In this document: positions 1 through 8,683 of the stretch, piece after piece
Layout of the letters: every line of letters starts with the position of its first letter
Numbering within the stretch: the first letter of the stretch is position 1
Assembly: GCA_016179055.1 (NCBI GenBank)
Contig: JACOSC010000025.1
Location: forward strand, 2,214 to 66,213
DNA: 64,000 nucleotides
Source: Acidobacteriota bacterium
GTDB taxonomy: Bacteria; Acidobacteriota; UBA6911; JACOSC01
Direction: 5' to 3'
Made by a program: the position numbers and the translations under genes
Notes under the pieces: model-generated
What the model was told of the DNA's origin: nothing
The model's database searches: none
What the model saw: the letters and a program-made list of their open reading frames with translations, nothing else

Positions 1-2
1 TT

Positions 3-401
3 ATCTTCGGCGGGAAACGGCCGGAAGGCCCCGGGTTTGAAAAGGGATTCTTTTACCTGCCCACGCTCCTGGTCGACGTCCCCGATAACGCGCGCGTGGC
101 GACCGAGGAAGTTTTCGGGCCGGCGCTGCCGATCTTCAAGGTCAAAGATTTGGATGAAGCGATTGCCAAAGCGAACAGCTCTATCTACGGTCTCGGCTCC
201 TCGATTTGGACGAAAGACTTAACGCGTGCCCGCCGTGGGGCCGAACGTCTGCAAGCCGGCAATGTTTGGATTAACTCGCTGCACATCGGGTACGACGAGA
301 TGCCTTTCGGCGGAGTCAAGCAAAGCGGTATCGGGCGTGAGCACGGCCCGGAAGCGCTCGAATATTATTTGGAGACCAAGGGTATCGTGGTGGCGACCTG
401 A
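3..401 (+). CDS. Aldehyde dehydrogenase, C-terminal part (5' truncated by window)
   Basis: Open frame from base 3; EEVFGP, YGLGSSIWT and PFGGVKQSGIGREHG ALDH motifs. Confidence 0.9.
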   Translation: MFGGKRPEGPGFEKGFFYLPTLLVDVPDNARVATEEVFGPALPIFKVKDLDEAIAKANSSIYGLGSSIWTKDLTRARRGAERLQAGNVWINSLHIGYDEMPFGGVKQSGIGREHGPEALEYYLETKGIVVAT

Positions 402-425
402 TAAGTAGCCTCGCGATAGCCGCAA

Positions 426-609
426 TGTGGAAGCGGCTTCCAGCCGCTTCCTGAAGTTTCGACATTTTATGTGGTCCCGCAGGTCGGGAGAGTCGGCTTG
501 TCTTGGAAGCAGTCAGAGCCCCGACATGTCGGGGCTTTACATACGGAAATGTCCAAACTCTATGGACAGGCAAGATGCCTGTCCCACCTTACGGCTCGTC
601 CGGGTTAGG
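426..609. repeat. Composite palindromic intergenic repeat
   Basis: Hairpins GGAAGCGGCTTCCAGCCGCTTCC (429-451) and GGACAGGCAAGATGCCTGTCC (from 564) enclose an inner imperfect inverted pair AGTTTCGACATTT/AAATGTCCAAACT (455-467, 547-559); ends in GGCTCGTCCGGGTTAGG. Confidence 0.6.
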
Positions 610-649
610 TTTCAGGAAATTACTTGAAAACGTAAGGAGCAAATGGCAG

Positions 650-2086
650 ATGGCAAAAATGATTATTGGGGGAGAAGCGGTCGATTCGGTGAGCGGTGAG
701 CGCTATGAAGTGCGCAGCCCAGCCACCGGCGAAATTGTCGATACGAGCCCCAATGGGACAGTCGAGGATGCCCGGCGAGCCATTGCTGCCGCCGATTTGG
801 CGTTTAAAACATGGTCGAAAACCCCGCCCGCTAAGCGAGCCGAGATTTTGGCCCGTGCGGAACATGTGATTAGCGAGCATGAGGAAGATCTGGCCTGTAC
901 TTTGACGTTGGAGCAAGGCAAGACGTTACGCGAAGCTAAAATGGAAATCCACCGCTTTTGTCACACGATCAAGCATTATGCCGGCCTCGGGAAAAGCCTG
1001 CGCGGCGGCTATGTGCCTATGCTGGATGAGAAGCGTTATGGCATGATCATCAAGAAGCCGCTGGGGGTTTGCGGCGCCATTGTGCCATGGAACTTTCCAA
1101 TATCTCTGATGGGCAACAAGATTGCTCCCGCACTATTGACGGGAAACACGGTGGTGGTTAAGCCCGCCGGCACCACGCCGCTGACGACGATAAAAGTGAT
1201 AGAGCTTTTCCACAAAGCCGGACTGCCTGCCGGTGCGTTGAACGTCGTTATTGGTTCCGGTCGCTCAGTCGGAGAGGAGATTTTGCGCCACCCCAAGGTA
1301 CGTAAGATCGGGTTTACCGGCGCGACCAGCACAGGCAAACACGTGATGGCGGTAGCAGCAGCCGAGCTCAAGCATGTCACTTTGGAGCTCGGCGGCAGCG
1401 ATCCCATGATTGTATGTGATGATGCCAATCTGGAAGCGGCCGTGAGCGCCGCCTCCGTAGGTCGGTTCTTCAATTGCGGACAAGCCTGCCTGGCGGTCAA
1501 ACGCCTTTTCCTCTTCGAAAAAATTTATGATGAATTCCTCAGCCGCCTGTGCGAGAAGGTGAAAAAGCTGAGAGTCGGCAACGGGCTGGATCCCAAAAGC
1601 ACTCTGGGCCCGCTGCATTCCAGCGGGCAACGCCAGGAAGTCGAAGAGCAGGTGCAAGACGCCGTCGCCCGCGGGGCCCGTGTGATCGCCGGTGGGAAAC
1701 GCCCGGAAGGCAAGGAATATGAGAAAGGCTATTTTTATCTTCCCACGCTGGTAGTGGATGTGCCGGACGAGGCCCGCATGCTGACCGAAGAATGCTTCGG
1801 CCCCGCTTTGCCGATTGTGAAGGTCAAGGATCTGTCGGAAGCGTTGGCCAAAGCGAACAGCTCTATATATGGTCTTGGATCTTCCGTGTGGACGAGAGAC
1901 ATCAACAAGGCCACTATCGCCGCCGAGCAACTAGAGGCCGGTTATACGTGGGTCAATTCGGCTCAGATTATTTATGACGAGCTGCCGTTTGGCGGCGTCA
2001 AGCAAAGCGGACTTGGCAAAGAGCATGGATCCGAAGTGCTCGATTATTACATGGAAACGAAGTCGGTGGTCATTGCCATCGAGTGA
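650..2086 (+). CDS. NAD(P)-dependent aldehyde dehydrogenase (possible BoxD/PaaZ-type semialdehyde dehydrogenase role)
   Basis: AAGGAG upstream of ATG650; PWNFP, FTGAT, LELGG, FNCGQAC (catalytic Cys), EECFGP, PFGGVKQSG. Confidence 0.92.
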   Translation: MAKMIIGGEAVDSVSGERYEVRSPATGEIVDTSPNGTVEDARRAIAAADLAFKTWSKTPPAKRAEILARAEHVISEHEEDLACTLTLEQGKTLREAKMEIHRFCHTIKHYAGLGKSLRGGYVPMLDEKRYGMIIKKPLGVCGAIVPWNFPISLMGNKIAPALLTGNTVVVKPAGTTPLTTIKVIELFHKAGLPAGALNVVIGSGRSVGEEILRHPKVRKIGFTGATSTGKHVMAVAAAELKHVTLELGGSDPMIVCDDANLEAAVSAASVGRFFNCGQACLAVKRLFLFEKIYDEFLSRLCEKVKKLRVGNGLDPKSTLGPLHSSGQRQEVEEQVQDAVARGARVIAGGKRPEGKEYEKGYFYLPTLVVDVPDEARMLTEECFGPALPIVKVKDLSEALAKANSSIYGLGSSVWTRDINKATIAAEQLEAGYTWVNSAQIIYDELPFGGVKQSGLGKEHGSEVLDYYMETKSVVIAIE

Positions 2087-2177
2087 GGAACGCGTAGAAA
2101 CAGAGACCTATATTCGGCCGGTGCGCGCGCGCCGAACATCGGCCGCGCCCTGGACCCAGAACAACGGAGCCATCATC

Positions 2178-2966
2178 ATGACGGAAAAAATGATCGAATA
2201 TCAAGTGGACAACGGCGTCGGCATTATGGCGCTTAACCGGCCGAAGGCCAACGCCTACACTCTGGAAATGCTGAAGGAGCTGGATGAGGCGATCCTCGCC
2301 GCTCGGCTCGATGAAAACGTCCATGTCATCGTGTTACGCGGCAAAGGCGAGAAGTTCTTTTCGGCCGGCGCCGATATTGAAATGTTGACGAGCCACTCCA
2401 CTTCCTACCGTTATTACTTTTCCTTGTATGGCCATGAAACTCTGACCCGCCTGGAGAATACGCCGAAGCTGGTGATTGCAGCGCTCAACGGGCACACGGT
2501 GGGCGGAGGATTGGAAATCGCGCTGGCGTGCGACATAAGGATCGCCAAACGCGATGGCGGTCGCTTGGGGCTGGCCGAAGTCAATCTGGGAGTGCTGCCA
2601 GGCATGGGCGGCACACAGCGGCTGCCGCGTTGGATCGGCCGCGCCCAGGCCTTGGAAATGGCCGCCACTGGACGGCAGCTTTCTTTTGAAGAAGCCCACG
2701 AGCTGGGTCTCGTCAATCACATTTATGAATCGGAAAATTTCTTTGAACAAGTTTTGGATTATGCCCGACAGTTTGTGCCGCCCAATAAAGCAAGTTTTGC
2801 CGTGGGGCGAATAAAGCGGGCCATTCATGCCGGATTGGATGGGTCCCTGAGCGAAGGGTTGGCCCTCGAGCGCGAGGTCCTGCTGGAAGCTTTTCTCAGC
2901 GAAGATGCCGCGGAAGGGCTCGCTGCCAACCGCACACGGCGGACGCCGCAGTTTAAGGGCCGCTAA
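2178..2966 (+). CDS. Enoyl-CoA hydratase/isomerase (crotonase family)
   Basis: FFSAGADI, GGGLEIALACDIR and EVNLGVLPGMGGTQRL motifs; GGAG upstream of ATG2178. Confidence 0.9.
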   Translation: MTEKMIEYQVDNGVGIMALNRPKANAYTLEMLKELDEAILAARLDENVHVIVLRGKGEKFFSAGADIEMLTSHSTSYRYYFSLYGHETLTRLENTPKLVIAALNGHTVGGGLEIALACDIRIAKRDGGRLGLAEVNLGVLPGMGGTQRLPRWIGRAQALEMAATGRQLSFEEAHELGLVNHIYESENFFEQVLDYARQFVPPNKASFAVGRIKRAIHAGLDGSLSEGLALEREVLLEAFLSEDAAEGLAANRTRRTPQFKGR

Positions 2967-3024
2967 TCGGATATTTTCGGGCGAAGGTGCCCTTGGCTCG
3001 GCCATAGTATTGGAGGATTTGCTC

Positions 3025-4125
3025 ATGACAAGAGTGGCGACATTCGACGATTGGAAAGATATGTTTCGCCAATGGGAGAAGGAGATTGATCTCGACGTTT
3101 CCAAGTTTAAGGATTATGAATTCGAGATTAAATTTGAACCGACGGAGTGCGAGGAGATTGAGTTCGGCGATTTCAAGGGCCGTAAGAAATGGGAAACCGT
3201 CCTGCAGATTCCGGATCAGCGCATTCGTGACGGTCTGCAACACTTGATTGTCTATCAGGGCGATACCGAATTCGGCTCCGTTGAGCAACAACGCCGGCTT
3301 TTGCGCCATCCTCCTAACGATTACGATTTAGGCAGCCTGGTGCGGGTCATGCGTGAAGAGATGCGTCACGGGTGGCAGATGTGCTACTTGCTCGTCAATT
3401 ATTTCGGGCACTCCGGCAAGATTGAGGCGCAAAAGCTGCTTGAGCGCCGGTCGTTCAAAAAGACGCGGTTGCTCGGCTCCTTTAACCAGTCCATCGATAC
3501 CTGGCTGGATTTCTTCTGCTTCACGCAGTTCGTCGACCGTGATGGCAAGTATCAATTGGGCATGCTGCACCATTCCGGTTTCGGACCCTTGGCCCGCAGC
3601 ATGGGTCCCATGCGCAAGGAAGAATTCTACCACGTGCTGACCGGCCACACGGGCCTTGCGCGTATTATCAAAGCCGGTCGAGTTCCGCGTGATCTCTTAC
3701 AAAGATTTGTCAACAAGTGGTACCCTTCGGCGCTGGACTTGTTCGGGGTCGATAACTCTACCTCGGCCGCTTGGTTCTATGTGTGGGGCCTGAAGGGGCG
3801 CTATGATGAGCATCCGGATCTGCCGCCGGCCGATCGGGAAAATCTTAACGATGAGGCTCGACATCATTACATGCAGGAGATGCGCGCGCTTTTTGCCGAT
3901 CTCAACCAACGATTGCCGGCCGACCAGTCGCCCTTGCGGTTGCCGGAGGAAAAGTTTAACCGCAAGATGGGCCGCTATGCTGATATGGCCTTTGATGTGA
4001 ACGGCGAGCCGCTGGCCGCCGCCGACTATATGGCCTACCTGGCGAGTGTATTGCCGGGCCCCGAAGACTATCGCCGGCTGGAAGAGATCTGTAAAGACAA
4101 AGACTGGATCGTGGCCGTTTCCTAG
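3025..4125 (+). CDS. boxB: BoxB-like ferritin-fold di-iron aryl-CoA epoxidase (short form)
   Basis: IVYQGDTEFGSVEQQ, EEMRH, FVDRDGKYQL and EEFYH resemble BoxB (QGDTEPASVEQQ, EEGRH, DRDGKFQL, EEAHH); GGAGG RBS. Confidence 0.8.
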   Translation: MTRVATFDDWKDMFRQWEKEIDLDVSKFKDYEFEIKFEPTECEEIEFGDFKGRKKWETVLQIPDQRIRDGLQHLIVYQGDTEFGSVEQQRRLLRHPPNDYDLGSLVRVMREEMRHGWQMCYLLVNYFGHSGKIEAQKLLERRSFKKTRLLGSFNQSIDTWLDFFCFTQFVDRDGKYQLGMLHHSGFGPLARSMGPMRKEEFYHVLTGHTGLARIIKAGRVPRDLLQRFVNKWYPSALDLFGVDNSTSAAWFYVWGLKGRYDEHPDLPPADRENLNDEARHHYMQEMRALFADLNQRLPADQSPLRLPEEKFNRKMGRYADMAFDVNGEPLAAADYMAYLASVLPGPEDYRRLEEICKDKDWIVAVS

Positions 4126-4248
4126 GTGAAGAGATTGCCGATCATATTTTTAGAAATAACGTTTTTGCAATGGCCCATGCGAAGTTTTTTTGGAGAGGCG
4201 CGGTTTTGAAGTTCAAACGCGTAATGGTCGTACGGGAGCGATAATTCT

Positions 4249-4581
4249 GTGGCGAAGGTTTCACACATACTAGTTTGCCAAAATGTGGATTGCCGGGTGC
4301 GAGGGTCCGACCAGGTTATGAAGGCACTTTCCCTCCAACTGGCCGAGAAAGGGCGCCGAGATATCACCGTCAAATCCTATATGTGCTTTGGCGCTTGCCA
4401 GGCCGGCCCCAATATGGTTTTTTATCCCGAGCGAACTTGGTATGCCGGCGTACGGCTCAGCGACGTTGACGCCATTGTCGATCACGTTATGGGTGGCCCG
4501 AAAGTAGAAGCCCTCGAGGGCAAAGTCGATCCAGCGCTGCGCGAGCTGATCTACCAGTTATTGGATGCCGGCTTGTTCTGA
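4249..4581 (+). CDS. Thioredoxin-like [2Fe-2S] ferredoxin
   Basis: CQNVDC...CFGAC..GP...YPERTWY pattern. Confidence 0.85.
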   Translation: MAKVSHILVCQNVDCRVRGSDQVMKALSLQLAEKGRRDITVKSYMCFGACQAGPNMVFYPERTWYAGVRLSDVDAIVDHVMGGPKVEALEGKVDPALRELIYQLLDAGLF

Positions 4582-4683
4582 AGCAGGCCATCCGCGTACG
4601 GCTTTGGTGGGTCTTCCAGTCTTACCGCCAAAGCAGCGCAACGACGAACTGGCTGTTGATGGCCGGTCGCGCAATGAATTATG

Positions 4684-4874
4684 GTAACTGTTCACGGGGA
4701 TCGGGGGTCAGGGATCAAGGGCCAAGGGCACAGTGGTACCGATGTCTGTTGGGAATTATCATGATTTAGCGATTGGGTGGTGGGGCGGATGCTTAACGGA
4801 TTGCGGGAGTCTTTGGAAAAGAAATCCAAGTATTATCGACCGATCCCCGATCCCTGACCCCCGTGAACAGTAAC
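4684..4874. mobile_element. MITE, TIR GTAACTGTTCAC/GTGAACAGTAAC, 8-bp target duplication GAATTATG
   Basis: GAATTATG at 4676-4683 and 4875-4882; interior is a diverged reverse-complement copy of 61837-62020. Confidence 0.85.
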
Positions 4875-4879
4875 GAATT

Positions 4880-6142
4880 ATGCAGACCATTTTGTTTCCA
4901 GAGGATTTGATCAAAGGCGAAGAGACGTTCGATGCCTATATCAATCGAGAAGGCTACTGCACGTTGCGCGCGTTGGCCGCGCAAGCTCAGCCGGAGACCT
5001 TGATTGAAGAGATTGCGCGGGCCGGTCTGCGCGGACGAGGTGGCGCCGGCTTTCCTACGGCCAAGAAATGGTCTGTGGCGCGCCAGACGGAAGTATTCCC
5101 GCGCTACCTGGTCGGCAATGGGGGCGAAGATGAGCCCGGCAGCCTTAAGGATCGTCGGCTTATGGAAGCGCGCCCACACTTGATATTGGAAGGCGCTCTG
5201 CTAGCCGCCCTGGCCATTGGCGCGGAAAAAGTCATTTTGTATGTGAATCACATGTTCGACCATGCCGCGACGCGACTGCAGACAGCCGTAGATGAAGCGC
5301 GCGCCGCAGGCTACTTGGGAGCCTCTATCCTCGGAGGCCGCTATTGCATCGAAGTCGAAATCTGCAAGGCGCCGAGCAACTATGTCGCGGGTGAAGATAC
5401 CGCGGCGCTGGAAGTCATCGAGGGACGCCCGCCGTTGCCGCGACAAAAACCTCCTTACCCGGCCGTGCAAGGATTGTATGGCAAACCCACGGTGGTAAAC
5501 AATGTCGAAACCCTGGCCAATGTTCCGGTGATTGCGCGCATGGGTGCGGAAGCCTATCGTCGCATCGGCGCCGCCGACAGCCCCGGCACCATGCTTTTCA
5601 GTTTGGGAGCAGAGGTCCGTAGGCCCGGGGTTTATGAGCTGCCTTTCGGCACACCGCTGCGTCATTTAATTTTCGCATGCGGGGGCGGTTTAAGCAACGG
5701 GAGCGCAATTAAAGCCATTCTTCCCGGCGGGCCATCGACCGCTTTCCTGACGCCGGATCATCTGGATACCGCCCTTGATCACGCGTCATTAGCCGACGCC
5801 GGCTCGGCTATCGGCTGTGGCGTCGTGAGCTTGTTTGATGTTGGCGCCTGCATGGTGGAAGAAACTCTGGCGCTGGCGCAATTCTTTGCCCGCGAATCTT
5901 GCGGCCAATGCCCGGCGTGCCGTATGGAGACGGCGATGCTGGCGACGCTTATCGAGCGCGTGCAAAATGGGGCGCCGCCGGTTATCCTGGATCAGATTGA
6001 CAAGGTGCTCGATTTTAATCGGGGCAAAGGGTATTGTGCGCTGGTCAACATGCCGGGTCCTCCGCTACGTAGCGCCGTGCGGTGGTTCGGCGCGGACTTT
6101 GATCACCATCTCAGACACGGGACTTGTCCGATAAGGCCGTGA
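4880..6142 (+). CDS. Stand-alone NuoF-like NADH:FMN/[4Fe-4S] oxidoreductase
   Basis: GLRGRGGAGFPT, EDEPGSLKDR, YVAGEDTA, KPTVVNNVETL and ESCGQCPACR..C; no other nuo genes nearby. Confidence 0.88.
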   Translation: MQTILFPEDLIKGEETFDAYINREGYCTLRALAAQAQPETLIEEIARAGLRGRGGAGFPTAKKWSVARQTEVFPRYLVGNGGEDEPGSLKDRRLMEARPHLILEGALLAALAIGAEKVILYVNHMFDHAATRLQTAVDEARAAGYLGASILGGRYCIEVEICKAPSNYVAGEDTAALEVIEGRPPLPRQKPPYPAVQGLYGKPTVVNNVETLANVPVIARMGAEAYRRIGAADSPGTMLFSLGAEVRRPGVYELPFGTPLRHLIFACGGGLSNGSAIKAILPGGPSTAFLTPDHLDTALDHASLADAGSAIGCGVVSLFDVGACMVEETLALAQFFARESCGQCPACRMETAMLATLIERVQNGAPPVILDQIDKVLDFNRGKGYCALVNMPGPPLRSAVRWFGADFDHHLRHGTCPIRP

Positions 6143-6349
6143 AAGCCCGGAACAAGCTCGTGCGGGTTAGTATCTGACAAGATGAAATTGTGCTGAAACG
6201 GGTCAAATATTTTTTGAAGGTAGCCTTCCACGCTTTATTCATGCGGGTATTTGACAGTTTTCCAGCGTCACTAACCTTTTGAATTTTACCGGGTTTGTTT
6301 ACGCTCGTCCAGGTTAGGGCTGGTCATTACCCAAGCTATTGCGCTAAAC

Positions 6350-7088
6350 CGAAGGCTGGATAAACCGGCCGCGTAGCGGCCGCATGACTTTAGCCGTGCC
6401 TTTCAAGGCACGGTAGGTCTGGCGGCGGAAAGCTCTTTCGTCCCGACGCTGTCGGGACGGTTGAACCGCATCCACCGGGTAGAAATTATGGCTAATACGT
6501 ATACTTCACTCCACTACCACATCGTCTTCAGCACCAAAAATCGTATTGGTTACCTAAAACCGGAGAGCCAACACCGAGTCTGGGCTTACCTCGGCGGGGT
6601 CGCGCGCGAACACCAGATGACGGCTTTACAGGTAGGTGGTAGCGATGATCATATTCACGCTTTGGTTATGGCGCCAGCCACGCGGGCTCCTAGTCAGATC
6701 GCGCAATACCTCAAAGGCGATTCTTCCAAATGGATTCACCAAGAGTTTCCCGAGTGGCGCGGTTTCGGCTGGCAAGACGGATATAGCGCCTTTACCGTGA
6801 GTCAATCAAACGTTCCCGAGGTTATACGCTACATTCAGAATCAGCGAGAGCATCATCACCAGAAGACCTTTCAGGAAGAGTATGTGGAATTCCTGAAAAA
6901 ACACGGGATCTCCTACGACGAGCGTTATGTATGGGGCTGAATTTTCCAAGGCGTCCTAGAACGCCATTATCGCCTGAATCAATCGTCGCTGACGCGACGG
7001 GGGCCAGCGGCGGGCCCATCGGATCCGTGCCCTAAAGGACACGGCTAAAGTCAACGGGCCGCTACGCGGCCGGTTCATACAGCCTTCG
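6350..7088. mobile_element. IS200-like/REP-associated element bounded by ~64-bp hairpin-containing inverted repeats
   Basis: 6350-6413 and 7025-7088 are near reverse complements; weaker similarity extends to ~6303 and ~7127. Confidence 0.75.
6488..6940 (+). CDS. tnpA: IS200/IS605-family Y1 (HUH) transposase
   Basis: YHIVFSTKNR, DHIH (HUH), WQDGY and YIQNQ (catalytic Tyr). Confidence 0.92.
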   Translation: MANTYTSLHYHIVFSTKNRIGYLKPESQHRVWAYLGGVAREHQMTALQVGGSDDHIHALVMAPATRAPSQIAQYLKGDSSKWIHQEFPEWRGFGWQDGYSAFTVSQSNVPEVIRYIQNQREHHHQKTFQEEYVEFLKKHGISYDERYVWG

Positions 7089-7239
7089 AGTCATTGCCAT
7101 AGTCTGGGTAAGGACAAGGCGGACGAGTGGGGCAATTACGTGGCCGATCAGCGAACCTGTCTCCGATGGGTTACCGCGATTTATTGAGAGCCTACTACTT
7201 TTACATGTTTGGTTCCGGCTCGTGCCGGTTAGGATGTTT

Positions 7240-8028
7240 ATGACGATTTATAAAACGATACTTTACGAGGTTAGTGATAATGTCGCGGTCATTACGATGA
7301 ATCGTCCGGAAAGTCTAAACGCCATCAGTCTGGAGATGCTGGATGACTTGCTGCACGCTTTATTTGAGTGTACTCAGGATGAACGGGTGCGCGTCATAGT
7401 ACTTACCGGCCGCGGGCGCGCCTTTAGCTCCGGCGGCGACATTAATATCATGAAGGATTTCCTAGACAAAGATGTCGGGGCCTTCATGACGGAATGGATA
7501 ACCCGTGTCCACCTGCTGGAAATGCAGATTCGTACGGTGCCCAAGCCGGTGGTTGCGGCTATTAATGGCATTGCCAGCGGTCAGGGCTTCAACCTGGCGT
7601 TGGCTTGTGACATTCGCATTGCCGCCGAGAGCGCGCAATTTAACCAATCGTTTGTCAATCTCGGGCTCACTTCCGAGGGAACTTACTTTCTGCCGCGCAT
7701 GGTGGGTGTGAGCAAGGCCACCGAATTGTGTTTTACCGGTGACGCCATCGACGCCCGCGAGGCCGAGCGGCTGGGGATCATCAATCGCGTCGTTCCCGAG
7801 GCCGATCTGTACAATGAAGTTCACGCCTTTGCGCAGCGATTGGGGCGAGGACCCACGGCCGCGCTCGCTCGCATCAAATGGCTGATCAACGCCAGCTATC
7901 GCAATCCGCTTGACACACATTTACAGCAGGAGTGCAAATTGATTGCGGAAACCGCCGGCACGCAAGATTTCCGCGAGGGCGTTCTCGCCTTTTTCGAAAA
8001 ACGCAACCCCAATTTCACCGGCAGGTAG
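7240..8028 (+). CDS. Enoyl-CoA hydratase/isomerase, PaaG-like
   Basis: NRPESLNA, AFSSGGDI, FNLALACDIR, DFREGVLAFFEKRNPNFTGR; start 7234 or 7240. Confidence 0.85.
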   Translation: MTIYKTILYEVSDNVAVITMNRPESLNAISLEMLDDLLHALFECTQDERVRVIVLTGRGRAFSSGGDINIMKDFLDKDVGAFMTEWITRVHLLEMQIRTVPKPVVAAINGIASGQGFNLALACDIRIAAESAQFNQSFVNLGLTSEGTYFLPRMVGVSKATELCFTGDAIDAREAERLGIINRVVPEADLYNEVHAFAQRLGRGPTAALARIKWLINASYRNPLDTHLQQECKLIAETAGTQDFREGVLAFFEKRNPNFTGR

Positions 8029-8169
8029 TCGCACTGTTCAGGGGGTCTACGTGTCATACGTCTCTTGCCCGGTCGCTACCGCTTCCCGTTCCGTATCGGA
8101 CGATTACTTCACAAATTTGTCAAAGAGTCTTTTCAACAACATCCGTGGTAAAATCTAACCACACGATAG

Positions 8170-8468
8170 GTAACTGTTCAAGGGGGGTCCGCTGATGAGC
8201 CTATCGACAAAAGGTAGCCCTACGGTGCCCGGTCCCCGAAGGGGACGCTGTTAATAGCCGGGGGTGGCGTTTCGCCACCCCCGGACAGTAACCCCCGCGC
8301 AGGCCGACCCTGAAAGGGTCGCAGTCGTCCACCCACACCGGACCCTACGTGCACCCTTTCAGGGTCCGGCCGGGGGTGATAGCATTCCGTGGGTGGCGCG
8401 GGGCGCCACCCACGGCTATTAACAAGGTCCCCTTCGGGGACCGGCCAGCGACCGCCCTGAACAGTTAC
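8170..8468. mobile_element. MITE, TIR GTAACTGTTCA/TGAACAGTTAC, 8-bp duplication CACGATAG, carrying a nested multi-hairpin palindrome
   Basis: CACGATAG at 8162-8169 and 8469-8476; inner inverted hairpin set ~8230-8445. Confidence 0.85.
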
Positions 8469-8683
8469 CACGATAGGTAGTAAGATGTGGCCGGGAAGCA
8501 CAGGTCATTATCGTAACGCGAAGGAGCGGTCTCGCTCCCTGGCGTTTCCCGGAGCGGAGTATTGCTTTATGTTTGGCATGGCTAAGCCAATAAACCATGA
8601 CAATACCACGATACAAGTCAGCGAGGTCGAGTTGAAATTGGGTAACCAGGGCTCAGCCGCTGATTCTTGGGAGGGACTTCCTC

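Noticed and set aside
4880-6142. Respiratory complex I operon
   Set aside because: No other nuo subunits nearby and the context is catabolic.
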